64,000 nucleotides of DNA, from contig NC_043012.1 in assembly GCF_006345805.1 (NCBI RefSeq), forward strand, positions 29,946,001-30,010,000, in the 5' to 3' direction. The notes beneath the pieces were generated by a model. The model did not search any database. It had not been told where the DNA came from and was given only the letters and a program-made list of their open reading frames with translations. Each line of letters begins with the position of its first letter. The first letter of the stretch is position 1. Shown piece by piece: positions 51,223-60,800 of this stretch. Source of the stretch: Octopus sinensis (Eukaryota). Position numbers and translations under genes: made by a program.

Positions 51223-51589
51223 CTCATTTTACAATTGAACATTGTATAAGAATTGGCAAAATATAAAGAGAGAAGTGAGTGAGAGCAAGGAGTAGTGGGA
51301 GGGAGATGAACAAGAGAGAGGGGTAAAGGCAGAGAAAAGTTAATAGAAAGGGAGAGAATGGATATTATAAAGAAGAATGTGAGGTGGGGGGGAGTGAGAA
51401 ATGAGAAAAAGAGAAAAAGAAATACAAAAGAAAAATGGTTTTTACCTGATGGCATCTGTATAAGTCTAATGCTCTGCGGATGTCAAACTTGCGGGCCATA
51501 AGAAACTTAACTGCCGTCTTCCAGGGTAATGGCTGCTTGCCATTTTGGATATAGTAGTAGTTGACCTCTTCAATGAACTTCTTGACTTT
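17870..51589 (-). CDS. PTPN9: Tyrosine-protein phosphatase non-receptor type 9 (PTP-MEG2) orthologue, spliced; 11 coding exons traced, first coding exon not securely found
   Basis: Exons join in frame through GT-AG introns (144+90+125+106+111+692+161+79+151+208+224 = 2091 nt). The N-terminus is CRAL-TRIO/Sec14 ([32 protein letters not shown]). The C-terminal PTP domain has intact [43 protein letters not shown] and SIQVPDQY motifs. Sec14+PTP is the diagnostic PTPN9 architecture. Confidence 0.96.
18758..18965 (-). CDS. PTPN9: PTPN9 exon (WPD loop and catalytic P-loop), 208 nt, phase 0/1
   Basis: tgacag|ACAGGA...ACAG|gtcagt; [21 protein letters not shown]...[14 protein letters not shown]. Confidence 0.96.
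19303..19645 (+). mobile_element. tRNA-derived SINE family C
   Basis: A-box TGGTCCAGTGG, core TTGAACAAGACACTTTATTTCACATTGCTCCAG; second copy at 27015-27320. Confidence 0.85.
19915..19950 (+). ncRNA. Degenerate minimal type I hammerhead ribozyme motif (second copy of the same repeat)
   Basis: CTTT-CTGACAA-A-GAGC GTAG GTTT-GAAAC-ATC-AAAG; stem I and stem II pairing kept, core G8 mutated. Confidence 0.5.
20138..20288 (-). CDS. PTPN9: PTPN9 exon (PTP), 151 nt, phase 2/0
   Basis: tctcag|AATAATG...AATAAG|gtaagc; [50 protein letters not shown]. Confidence 0.95.
21567..21645 (-). CDS. PTPN9: PTPN9 exon (PTP), 79 nt, phase 1/2
   Basis: tattag|GTTGT...ACCAG|gtgggt; (G)[25 protein letters not shown](R). 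Confidence 0.93.
22065..22375 (-). mobile_element. tRNA-derived SINE family B
   Basis: Same consensus as 41680-41975. Confidence 0.85.
22615..23040 (+). mobile_element. Two tandem SINE family A copies
   Basis: GAGCTGGCAGAATCGTTAGCACGCCAGG head, GAGTTCAAAT B-box, (TTA)n tails. Confidence 0.8.
23152..23312 (-). CDS. PTPN9: PTPN9 exon (PTP; KNRY and DYINA motifs), 161 nt, phase 2/1
   Basis: tttcag|AGCAAAA...CAAG|gtaaga; (K)[53 protein letters not shown]. Confidence 0.95.
23996..24263. mobile_element. hAT (Charlie-like) MITE
   Basis: TIR CAGTGCT(A/T)CTCAAA at both ends; degenerate 8-bp TSD tagtaaag/tgctaaag. Confidence 0.75.
24442..25133 (-). CDS. PTPN9: PTPN9 exon (end of Sec14, long linker, start of PTP), 692 nt, phase 0/2
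   Basis: tttcag|GTCTTT...TCAAA|gtaagt; begins [24 protein letters not shown], ends [23 protein letters not shown]. Confidence 0.94.
25470..25660 (+). mobile_element. SINE family A copy
   Basis: AGGCGGCAAGCTTGCAGAA...TGAGTTCAAATT...TGGCCTTG. Confidence 0.75.
26349..26459 (-). CDS. PTPN9: PTPN9 exon (Sec14), 111 nt, phase 0/0
   Basis: ttccag|GGTGCC...GATCGG|gtcagt; [37 protein letters not shown]. Confidence 0.95.
27015..27320 (+). mobile_element. tRNA-derived SINE family C
   Basis: Colinear with 19303-19645 (GATGTCACTGGTGCCAAGCTGTA...). Confidence 0.85.
27455..27650 (+). mobile_element. RTE-tail-bearing SINE/LINE 3' fragment
   Basis: GGTTGGCATTAGGAAGGGCATCCA..GTAGAAAC..GCCA.ATCAGACTGGA...(GAT/GAC)n, the same tail as RTE copies 2/3. 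Confidence 0.8.
27991..28096 (-). CDS. PTPN9: PTPN9 exon (Sec14), 106 nt, phase 2/0
   Basis: ttgcag|TTTTGAA...TTAAAG|gtaagt; (S)[35 protein letters not shown]. Confidence 0.95.
28146..28590 (-). mobile_element. Two tandem SINE family A copies
   Basis: Same consensus as 15897-16090, (AAT)n spacers. Confidence 0.85.
30146..30270 (-). CDS. PTPN9: PTPN9 exon (Sec14), 125 nt, phase 0/2
   Basis: cctag|GGTGGC...GAAAG|gtaaga; [41 protein letters not shown]. Confidence 0.94.
30400..30720. repeat. Compound (CA)n/(TA)n/(TACA)n microsatellite tract
   Basis: Direct reading. Confidence 0.85.
31978..32088. repeat. (TA)n/(CATA) microsatellite abutting the LINE 5' end
   Basis: Direct reading. Confidence 0.9.
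32085..35431 (+). mobile_element. CR1/L2-group LINE in a PTPN9 intron (antisense), 5'-truncated within ORF1, near-intact ORF2, (AATC)n tail
   Basis: ORF1 remnant (KRRYADVVR...) ends at 32393, overlapping the ORF2 start. ORF2 APE (LNIRGL, LTETHL, YRPP, GDFNLP, TLDL, SDHN) and RT ([24 protein letters not shown]) lie in one frame to 35341 with a single TAA at 34559-61. Confidence 0.95.
35740..36560. repeat. About 820-bp compound (TA)n/ACAT low-complexity tract
   Basis: Direct reading; source of the spurious YIYI ORFs. Confidence 0.95.
36709..36779. repeat. Perfect 32-bp inverted repeat with a 7-nt spacer
   Basis: ATGAATAAAAAATGGAGTTAACGCAGGTTTAA-acaagta-TTAAACCTGCGTTAACTCCATTTTTTATTCAT. Confidence 0.97.
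37077..38292 (-). mobile_element. RTE LINE internal fragment (subfamily a), truncated at both ends, with small deletions
   Basis: High similarity to copy 1 ([34 protein letters not shown]); short deletions near 38050 and 38200. Confidence 0.92.
38293..38668. repeat. 26-bp higher-order minisatellite (TATATAGACAAACATATATATATGCA and variants)
   Basis: AGACA(A/T)ACA recurs at regular spacing. Confidence 0.9.
39090..39290 (+). mobile_element. Highly decayed RTE fragment
   Basis: Translates [28 protein letters not shown]...[11 protein letters not shown], similar to [27 protein letters not shown]...LYDACVRTAML. Confidence 0.6.
41368..41457 (-). CDS. PTPN9: PTPN9 exon, 90 nt, phase 0/0 (below the ORF-track length cutoff)
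   Basis: cctgtag|TTAACT...ATATTG|gtaagt; [30 protein letters not shown], matching the vertebrate ...EILSGKFTIL segment. Confidence 0.93.
41680..41975 (-). mobile_element. tRNA-derived SINE family B
   Basis: CAAGGCTGGCCCCTTTGAAAT...GCCAGCTGAGTGGACTGG...GTGTCTTGCTCAAGGACAC. Confidence 0.85.
42395..43420 (+). mobile_element. Decayed RTE 3' fragment with C-rich 3' UTR (old subfamily)
   Basis: [22 protein letters not shown] and WYGHV are recognisable; the C-rich tract after the ORF mirrors the G-rich tract at 11080-11400. Confidence 0.75.
45650..45865 (-). mobile_element. SINE family A, well-preserved copy inserted within an older copy
   Basis: GGCACAAGGCCCGAAATTTT...CTGCCAGCTCGCTGCCT. Confidence 0.85.
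47680..47824 (-). mobile_element. RTE subfamily b extreme 3' end fragment
   Basis: Near-identical to 6442-6575 and 3640-3750. Confidence 0.88.
47845..48570. mobile_element. Non-autonomous element with long imperfect terminal inverted repeats
   Basis: 47845-47900 TCAAGTGACAATGTTT...TTGACTGAACGTGT matches the reverse complement of 48515-48570; no coding capacity seen. Confidence 0.7.
48955..49380 (+). mobile_element. RTE-tail-bearing SINE/LINE 3' fragment with repeated AAAAGCACC modules
   Basis: Three GTGCC..TG.CACAT.AAAAGCAC-type modules followed by the RTE tail. Confidence 0.75.
49455..49493 (-). ncRNA. Degenerate minimal type I hammerhead ribozyme motif in a small repeat
   Basis: TTT-CTGATGA-A-GAG CCATA CTT-GAAAC-ATG-AAA; core intact, cleavage triplet mutated. 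Confidence 0.55.
49605..49894 (+). mobile_element. tRNA-derived SINE family D, young insertion
   Basis: tRNA-like head GGCGCAATGGTCCAGTGGTTAGGG...GGTTTCGATTCCC (A and B boxes); perfect 16-bp TSD ATATACACAATATATA at 49589-49604 and 49895-49910. Confidence 0.9.
50120..50500 (-). mobile_element. RTE-tail-bearing SINE/LINE 3' fragment
   Basis: GGATGCCCTTCCTAAC...GGGTGCTTTTTAC.TGCCACCGGCAC. Confidence 0.8.
50499..50880. repeat. Compound (AT)n(AC)n microsatellite
   Basis: Direct reading. Confidence 0.95.
50882..51185 (+). mobile_element. tRNA-derived SINE family B
   Basis: TAGCTTAGTGGTTAGGG head, GTGTCCTTGAGCAAGATAC core. Confidence 0.85.
51446..51589 (-). CDS. PTPN9: PTPN9 exon (CRAL-TRIO N), 144 nt, phase 0/0
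   Basis: tttcag|AAAGTC...CATCAG|gtaaaa; [48 protein letters not shown]. Confidence 0.95.
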
Positions 51590-51982
51590 CTGAAATGGAC
51601 AATATTGGTGATGTGTAAGTGACCAGATTGGTATAACAAGTTGGTGGGAGAAATAAAGGTCAGGGGTAGTGATATAAAAGGGGTGTTGAAATATCATAAT
51701 TTTAAAATAATGCTGGTTATACAGACCATACTGGATATCTAGTCAGTTGCTAGGTGATCTATTTGCTGCCAGTTACAGAAAGCCTCATACAACTTCACAC
51801 ATTCAATCCTGCCAGGGTCACAGCAAACTATACCCCAGGGATGAACAGCACATGCTACATCCAGTCAGAGACACAAGGAACTATGTTGAAGAAGCTAGAG
51901 ATGGTTTTCAGCGAGGATAAAACAAAAGTTTTGCTAAGTACATATATCTTGCACCCCACTCTCTCTCAACATTATATATATA

Positions 51983-52033
<51 letters not shown>

Positions 52034-52192
52034 GGCGTGGGGGGGCGGAAAGGCAAGAGTAACTATGGACTATATAGAACACACAGTTTTGAACTCTGTC
52101 AGAGGAATTGTGAGCATACAAGTTACATTACTCTCCAAATTCTGAAAGGAAAAGAAAGGTGTTTGTATATTATTTAAAGTGAAAATATATCT

Positions 52193-52233
<41 letters not shown>

Positions 52234-52855
52234 CTCCAAAATATTATCAAATCAAGTCCAAAAACAAAGCAAAGCAAAAATGACCAACAAAAATGTTATT
52301 AAAAAATTTGAAATAAAAAAAAAAGCAAGAACAAAAACATGTAGAAATCCCATGTTAACATGGAAACAGTATTTGGAAAAAGAAAAACAACTTAAAACCT
52401 GATTTTACAAAACAAGAACTGGGGGAGGTACTCAAGAAAATATTAGATCAATTTTGCCAAAATTAAATAAGAGACCAATCTCTAGAGTGCTAGCCATCGC
52501 ATAATGGATGATGGCCTTACTTTATGTCACGGGGGACACTTTTATCTCTAACTAATTTCTGATGATGTCAGATGCTATGATTATTATAATTTTAACATAT
52601 CTACTCACTCTTAATTTGTTCGGGCAAATTCAATCATAAAATAGGTTGATCACTGTTGTATTTCATCTTCAGAGAAGAACATCTCCCTTAATCAAATTTC
52701 TACTTTATTTAGATTTCATGGTAATTATAAAAAATAATGAAATCAACTCAAAAGTTATAAAATGATATAAAATAAAAACAGATTTCTCATTTGCAGATTT
52801 GCAATAAATCTATATTATCAATAACAATATATTCTATTAATGACAATAATACTGT

Positions 52856-53032
52856 TTAACCCTTCTGATATCAAATTACATGTGACTGTCCCTGGCTCTA
52901 AGATAGATGGTAGCTTAATTTATGCTCCAAGTTTCAGCTTAATGACAAAGTTATTTTACTAAATTCTTTATTTTCAAGATTTAATGAAACAAAAGCAGTC
53001 TATTTCAATGAAAATATGGTAAGAAAAGGGTT
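52856..53032. mobile_element. TTAA-CCCT-ended MITE (piggyBac-like); related copy in opposite orientation at 14272-14458
   Basis: TTAACCCTT...AAGGGTT ends; shared core AAATTCTTTATTTTCAA...TGAAA with the 14.3-kb copy. Confidence 0.55.
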
Positions 53033-54149
53033 CGCTATCAATTTATTAAAGATGTAATATGACTTGATATTACCAACAGTAGCAAAGGTGTATATACCAG
53101 CATCACCTTACAACATGGAACAGATAACACTCTAGTTAGTATATGGCAACTAAGGGAGACAAATCCAATACTCAGAATTATCTCCCTTTAGAGGATGGAC
53201 AAATGGAGATGGAGACACACTGCCAATTTAATTTATAGATATTTAGTTTCAGATTCCAAGTATTTCAAATACATCAAGAATATCTTTTTTCATGCTTTAC
53301 TGTGTTAGATGGTGGGGGGAACCAAATGGCCATATCTGGAGGACTTTTAATAATGAGAGTCTACATAAATGGTATTGACATGAGGAGCAACAGTGTCAAC
53401 AACTTTTGTCTAGAAACAGAACAAAAATTCATTTTCTTCTGAGGATTGATACACTTTGTACCAGTGATATACTGGGAGCATGTCAAATAGATTCCACTTT
53501 TCTCTTCCACATAAATATTAGTCTTGTGACCAAAATGAAAGTTATTATTGCCCATTATCGAACAGACTCTCCTGTATCCTATTCTAATTTACAGCTGAAA
53601 CAACTTGCATCAGAAATATCTTTAATGAAAGATTAGACTCTCCAGCTTAGCTTCACCTACATTTTCTCAGGCAATAATGCTTTATTAAAGCAGCTGATTT
53701 ATGCTCATAATTGGAGAAGGAAACTGGATAATTCTCAGAGGAGTACTCAACAAATCATAAAACCGTCCATCAGGAGACTCCCCCCCACTTTTTCCCCTGC
53801 AATAATATAGAAACAATGTAATTACAATTCAACTTTATAATGTTTAAATTTCCTTCAATTCTTCTGAATAAAATATCATTTTTATTAAAGACAAACTGTC
53901 AAAAGCACAAATATGCAAATTAAGCTATCCACTATGGTTCTACCCTAATTTATGACTGCATCACATGGCAGCTGATCTATGCTTTGATTAGGGAAGTAAG
54001 CTTGATAGGCCTTCTCTGAGAAGAGATCAACTGTAAAATCCACCCTCTTTTTTCAGCACATCACTATCATAGAAAGAATGTGTTTGCATTTGTATTTCCC
54101 TTACAGCGAGGCTTTCCAGTGCTTAAAGATATTATTATTATTATTATTA

Positions 54150-54930
54150 TTTAGGGCAGTGAACTGACAGAATTATTAGAGAACCAGACAAAATGCCCGA
54201 CAGTATTTTTGCTAGCTCTTATGTTCTGAGTTCAAAATTCCAAAGTTGATTTTTGCCTTTCCACCCTTTCAGATGTAGAATAAATACCATCCAAGTATTG
54301 GAAGTGATGTGACTGACACCTTCTCCATCCAAAATTTCAGGCTTTGAAAAGGATTATCATTATCATTACATCAGTAATTTCCTTCAGGAAAAATGACTAA
54401 CTTAACATTTTCAAACAATGAGACATTATCATCATCATCATTTAAGGCAGTGAGCTCACAGAATTATTAGCATGCTGGACAAAATGCTTAGCGGTGTTTC
54501 ACCCGGTTGACTTAGCCTTTCATCCTTTTGGGGTCGATAAAATAAGTACCAGATGAACACTGGGGCCAATGTAATCGCCTTACCCCTTCTCCAAAAGCGC
54601 TGCCCTTGTGGCAAAATTATTATTATCATTATGAGTGGAAGGAGTGATAAAATGCTTTCCAGATCCAATCAAAGTTGGCTTCATTTTTCATCCAAGCTCA
54701 ATAGAGTGATTTCTGATTTAGACCGAAGGCCACTAATCTGGTGGGCAGGGTTTAATCAATTCTGATTCCATTGACCCCAGCACTTGACTGATACTTTATT
54801 TTCTTAACCCTTGAGGGATGGAAGGCAAAGTTGACAAAGGTGGAAATTGAACTCAGAGTGTAAAGAGTTATAAGAAATACCTCAAAGCATTTCTTCCAAT
54901 ACTGAAATCATTCTGCCATCCTTTCTGCCT
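54150..54930. mobile_element. SINE family A copies: two plus (54150-54350, 54445-54610) and one minus (54740-54930)
   Basis: Family A head and B-box motifs in both orientations. Confidence 0.75.
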
Positions 54931-55212
54931 TCTAAGCTGAATAAAGTAAGTGGCAGCAGTCAAAAGGTGGGATACATATTGTTAGAGTCAATTCTACTGA
55001 CAGATTTTCTGGCCAGAGCGGGGGGGTCGTCATTAAGATTGGGGATAAGTTCTGCATTGAAGCTGACAGCAACCAAATCTGTCGGAATATTCATGCAAAG
55101 TAAAGAAAACATACAGCAGGCAAATCATCCAGTAATCCATGCATTGTGGATTTTGTTGGATTATATAAAACATTTGTTATCGCATGCAGATGGATCTGGC
55201 TATCGTCTAAGC

Positions 55213-55450
55213 CAGTGGTTCCCAAACCTTTTCAGGCCCACCACCCTTGGTTCTAAGGCCACATTCCTAGTGTCTCCTCCCACCTTCTCACCATCACAAA
55301 CATAAACCATTTTCTGCAGCAAATTCAAAACAACACTATTTCACAAATGTTTTTTTTTACATCCATTGCCCTGTTTTGGTCACCCCATTATCACCTCGTT
55401 CTCCCCCACCTCGAATCTTTCCACAGTACTGCCCACATTGGGAACCACTG
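55213..55450. mobile_element. hAT (Charlie-like) MITE
   Basis: 13-bp perfect TIR CAGTGGTTCCCAA; 8-bp TSD gtctaagc/atctaagc. Confidence 0.88.
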
Positions 55451-56334
55451 ATCTAAGCCTTTTGTAGAGATCAAACCACCACTTTCCTTGTCAAGGAAGA
55501 GTGGGTCGTTGTCTGTTTAGTTGTGATGACAGAGGAAGTTTATAATGGAAGTTATAAAGGAAAGCAATTTTGTGGACAGTGTTTTTTTTTTCTCTTTCTC
55601 AGGACAAGCTCTTATCAAGTTTTAAGTTCTACTTCAGGAGGAAAGTAAGGGTAGGAAGTGCTGTGCTGCTCTTCGGTAAATTTTACAAAAGGTGGAAACA
55701 AAAATTTTTTTTTTTAATTAAAAACAATAAAATAATAAAAATTGAACAAAATTTTACTCAAAATAAAAATGAAGGAGGAAAAACCAATAATACTAACCCC
55801 CTAACCCCTTCACCACTACAATTATTTGAAAACCACATTTGACAGGGTGCAAAGAGAGAAACTGAAGACTTGAAGAAACAAAAACAAAAAGTGGCAGGAG
55901 GTGAAGGCAGAGCAGAAATATTACTGAAGGTGCCAAAAAGGAATTTATTATATACATTATACACACATATATATATAAATAAATAATTTTTGAAAGTGGA
56001 ATTGCAAGCAGATAAAGCTATAAATAATAGTGTTTGAACATTGGGTCAAAGAACTGTTTAAATGGAGAATTGAGGAACGTGAGTGAATCCACATCCGTAG
56101 AAACATGACATGTTCTGCCACTTTTTCCTTAAACCCAATATTTAAGTTCTATTATTTACAGCTTTGGGTTCCACTAATAAAAATCATTTATTTTATGTCT
56201 CTTGAAGTTTCTAAAATCTTATGGTATTCATCTATCCTCGTTTATCACTGAGCCATTCTGCTTATCACTGATTCATCTGTGGTAACATGGGTTAGCGATC
56301 AGTCAAAGGCTCTGCTTGTACTGCAAAAACGTAC

Positions 56335-56397
56335 CCCAGTAAACCACCTACAAGGCTCAGCTACCCACAACGCACTGACCATGCTGCAAGGCTGCAT
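56335..56397 (-). CDS. Weak candidate for the PTPN9 first coding exon (MQPCSMVSALWVAEPCRWFTG), phase 0
   Basis: caaaacATG context, 21 open codons, GGG|gtacgt donor; phase matches the 51589 acceptor, but there is no sequence similarity to known PTPN9 N-termini. Confidence 0.25.
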
Positions 56398-56887
56398 GTT
56401 TTGTTTTTTTTAATATGGATTTATATAATTTTACCCATGAACATAGGACCAGTAATTAGAAAAAATATGAAGGCACCTGATTTAAAGAAATGAGTGTATT
56501 CTCTACGGGAAAAGGTAGAGATGATCAAGAAAAAAACAGAACAAGAGTTTTGATGCTGTGAGTCCAGAGTTTGGTGTCAAGAGCACCATTCATTCCATTT
56601 ACAAAGTGTGTGAAGATGATTCATTTATCAGTTTGGTTTTTTAGAACCAAACCCGGGTGATAAACGAGGATAGATGTGTGTGAGCATGTATGTGAGTGTG
56701 TGTGCATATATATATATATATGCTGTGGTATTTAATGGCAGTGTGTGGGTGTGTATATAACAGAATACCTGGAATCAGTAAAAAAGGCCGAAGGGTGTAT
56801 ACAAGATGGGTGAAACAGCAATAATCCTCAGATAGTTTGAAGCAATGGTGTGGAAAAAAACAAAACCAGACTTTTAAGGTCGCTCAC

Positions 56888-56905
56888 CTGGATCTAGCTT
56901 GAAGA
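56888..56905 (-). other. Candidate 18-nt microexon on the PTPN9 strand
   Basis: ...ttgattgctatgattatttttgcaattgttttctcttttag|TCTTCAAGCTAGATCCAG|gtgagc. Confidence 0.45.
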
Positions 56906-57149
56906 CTAAAAGAGAAAACAATTGCAAAAATAATCATAGCAATCAAAATATAATATTTGGGGAGTAAAAGATGTTTTGGCACAGCTGGTTTGGTGCCACT
57001 TATCCCTGCCTCCCTCCCTGTCGTGCGCGCGCGCGCGTGTGTGTGTGTGTATGACTTTGCATCCAGCACCAAAAAGTAGTCACCAAAACAGACCGAATGT
57101 CCAGTCAACTGCACCAAATCATCTCATTCATATAATATATGTATATGTA

Positions 57150-57192
<43 letters not shown>

Positions 57193-57799
57193 CACACACA
57201 CATATACACACAGCCATCTCTCACATTTCAAAATGTGCTCTGTTCTTGAAAGCTTTTTTACTACAACATCAAATTCCATAATATGAAACCTATTTCCCCA
57301 TTGATGTCCAAGATGTAATTTGAGAAATGTCCTGGGGAAAATAAACAGGTCATAGAATCACTTTTATGCAAGAAAATAACCATTTTTAAGCACATACAGT
57401 ACAAAATACATAAAACAAACAACTGAACAGAAATATATAAAGGAATAAATAAGAATAAGGTTTAATCTCACGCTTGAATGACCATGGTGTTTATCAGTCC
57501 ATTACGTCTAACCTGATCGTCAAGCCACACACTTAGGAGCCGTTTCATATTAAATATTACAACACATCTATGAAATAACAATGTTAATGGAGTAGTTGTT
57601 TGAGCATTTCAACCAACTTTATCGTCATGTCTCTCCACAGCTTTTGTGCTTTAAAGATTTTTGCAATACAGTTAAGTTTTGCTTCCACACAAAATCTTTG
57701 TAAAGCATTAAGTTTAACAGCCAACATGACCCGATTACATCTTCATTTCATATTAACATGTTCCCTTACATTTGATGGCTTCCTTCTCATTTCTTTACT

Positions 57800-58020
57800 G
57801 CCCACAAGGGGTTACACACTGAGGGGACAAACAAGGACAAACGGATTAAGTCGATTATATCGACCCCAGTGTGTAACTGGTACTTATTTAATCAACCCGA
57901 AAGGATGAAAGGCAAAGTCGATCTCGGCAGAATTTGAACTCAGAACATAGTGGCAGACGAAATACTGCTAAGCATTTCGCCCAGCGCACTAATGTTTCTG
58001 CCAACTTGCCACCTTCTGAT
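57800..58020 (-). mobile_element. SINE family A copy
   Basis: ATCGACCCCAGT...GAAAGGATGAAAGGCAAAGTCGATCTCGGCAGAATTTGAACTCAGAAC. Confidence 0.85.
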
Positions 58021-58139
58021 GGCTTCAGCATAAATATGGGTAATGCACCATACTGCAAATACCATAGAAGTGAAATCTGTGACAACCCAAGAAATTCAAA
58101 TCAAATATGGACAATTTCTCTGTTATTTCTTTACATCAG

Positions 58140-58290
58140 TGCAGACCTGGCTGTGTGGTTAAGAAGTTCACTTTGCAACTACATGGTTTTGGGTTCAGTC
58201 CCAGTGCACGGCACTTTGGGCAAGCATCTTCTATTATAACTCCAGGCCAACCAATGTTTTGTGAGTGAATTTGGTAGACAGAAACTGTTC
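58140..58290 (+). mobile_element. tRNA-derived SINE family E head (also 43765-43870 plus; 49920-50065, 26200-26300, 21340-21475 minus)
   Basis: TGGCTGTGTGGTTAAGAAGTT...GGGTTCAGTCCCA...TTGGGCAAG..TCTTCTA.TATA. Confidence 0.75.
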
Positions 58291-59034
58291 AACCCTACCC
58301 TCCAAACAGTGCCCCAGCCTGACCCCCCTACAAGGAAAAAAAAACAAGTAAAAGACTTCTACATATTATTTCTATCATGATTTTAGTTTCTAAAGTCTAT
58401 TAACTACCCAAGTTTCCAAAAAAGCAGGATTCATGAACCAAACTTTCCACAACACAACAGTCCCTGCACAAATGTAGTGTGTGTGTTTAAGCTTTTAAAT
58501 ATAAATTATGCATAAGAAAGTTACAAGCATGGCTTAAGACATATAAAAGTGAGCAGATTCTCTCAAGCGAATGAAGCCAAGCATTGAACAGCGTAAAAGA
58601 TCATTTTTATCACAAAAAAATCATCGTGGTTCCTAAATGTGAAGTTGGGCTTCTTGTAGCTTTTAATGCAATAAAAACAATTTTTCATGACTATGTGCTG
58701 CTGAAATTGAGGTGCTTCTGATATGCCCGTGCATCTTATATGTCATCAAATGTGGTAGTACTATATATGCTGAACAAATCCATTACCAGTTACACCAAGG
58801 AGACTCTGAATTAGTTTATCTGTCAAAATAACACCTATAAAAATGTTATTGGGAAAACTAATGGAATTAGTTCCTTTCACATGATAAGGATCAGAGGGAA
58901 TTTCTTTGACATTTATGATGCTTACAGCTAAAAGATGGTTGAGAGGATTTCTTGAAAGACTTATCAAGAATGCGACACAAACAAATCAAAGACCCATGAG
59001 CTTTCGACATAACATGTTGATGAATTTTTACATG

Positions 59035-59091
<57 letters not shown>

Positions 59092-59231
59092 ATATATATG
59101 TTATGTGTGTATGTATATATGCAGAAAGGGTTATAATCCAAGCTGTGTCTTCATGATACATATCTGTATATTCCAGTTCGCTATACATCTTATATGAGAG
59201 TTGAAAATACTGTTAGATACTGGAAAATTAC

Positions 59232-59360
59232 ATTAAAACAGAGAAGTGGGAAATGTTTTGGTATTATTTATTCTGTATTACATATTTATCTTCTGTTGGT
59301 AATGAAACATGTAACATGGACTAAGTAATACCAAAACATTTTCTAGTTTTCTGCTTTAAT
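59232..59360. repeat. Imperfect foldback with arms of about 57 bp
   Basis: AAATGTTTTGGTATTA / TAATACCAAAACATTT perfect core; arms extend with mostly transition mismatches. Confidence 0.8.
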
Positions 59361-60544
59361 ACATATGAAGCACATTGAGAGCTTTCCACCCAATCACCTA
59401 CTTTAACTATACGAGTGAGATTTTCAACTCTAGCCTCATGAACACAGATTTATCCTAGCATGTTGGCCAATCACATTATAAGCATTGGAGAAACCCCATC
59501 AGTTTTTTTCTCCTCAATGAAATCTGAAGAAATCTGAGTCTTGCCACACCCAGTTATTAAACACACACAGATACACAAACACACATGTTAAAATTCACCA
59601 TTCCACCCCGCTCACCCCCAAGTCCCTACCCTACGTCACCCTGGCCCCAACCCCACCCTATAAGCAAATAATCTCTATATCATGGTGCTTTCTACTGCTC
59701 GCAATCCAAAAGTATAATTCCAATGAATTCAATTTTTCTCACTGGGTTTTGACTTTGGATATTTTTATTCCAGTTTTTCTCTTCCTACGACAGCCATAAG
59801 ACCAATAAACCAGATGTGACACTTTCAAATCTCCAATGGCAAAGAACCCACACCAAACTATTCTTTCCAGGTCTTTTCTGTTACTTGTTGGGCTTACCTC
59901 AATTCCTTGTATGAAACTGATGGATTAAATAGCTCATAAGACGATATGATATTGTATTTTATTAATAATGATGATGCACATTTATACATACACTCACATA
60001 CACACATCATATATATATATATTGTTCATAATGATGAAAGGAAGATGAGGTTTTAATAAAAACAATACAAATAAATTATAAAGCTCTGAAAGACATGGCA
60101 GATACCAAAAACCTACATATATGTTTCGGTTCATGGCCCTAGGTGATTAGTAATTCTAAGCATTTGGGTAGGGTCATATGCTAAGAATTGGTCATCGTTT
60201 TCAACTAGTGGGAAAGAATCTCATCAGGGTTTTATGAGCTTATACTACAAAGGTGAACATATTTCTTGAAACAATGCAGACGAATTACTAATAAGTTTAA
60301 AAAGTTAGATCATATATAATATGCGTATGCATTTAGCTTGTGAATTATAGATATAAGTAAAGATAAAAGAAAATTTTAAAAAATTAAAATAACATAAATA
60401 AAGGTAAAGTAAGAAGATATAATATAAAAAGTAAAGGAAAATATAAATGTATGTAAAATAGTATATCAATTTAAATAAAAAGAAAGCACAATACTTAAAT
60501 ATGTAAGGGAAGAATTATATAATAAAATATGAACGAGGTCATTG

Positions 60545-60800
60545 CTAGTGCTGCTGGACTGGCTCCTGTGCAGGTGGCATGTAAAAAAACACCATTTGAG
60601 CATGGCCATTGCCAGTACCGCCTGACTAGCACATAAAAAGCACCCACTACACTCTCGGAGTGGTTGGCATTAAGAAGGGCATCCAGCTTAGAAACTCTGC
60701 CAGATCAGATTGGAGCCTGGTGCAGCCATCTGGTTCGCCAGACCTCAGTCAAATTGTCCAACCCATGCCAGCATGGAAAGCGAACGTTAAACGATGATGA
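60545..60800 (+). mobile_element. RTE-tail-bearing SINE/LINE 3' fragment
   Basis: CACATAAAAAGCACCCACTACACTCTCGGAGTGGTTGGCATTAAGAAGGGCATCCAGC...(GAT)n. Confidence 0.82.

Noticed and set aside
59897-59940. Strong GAG|gtaagc donor on the PTPN9 strand
   Set aside because: No credible acceptor, and no ATG-initiated phase-0 frame upstream
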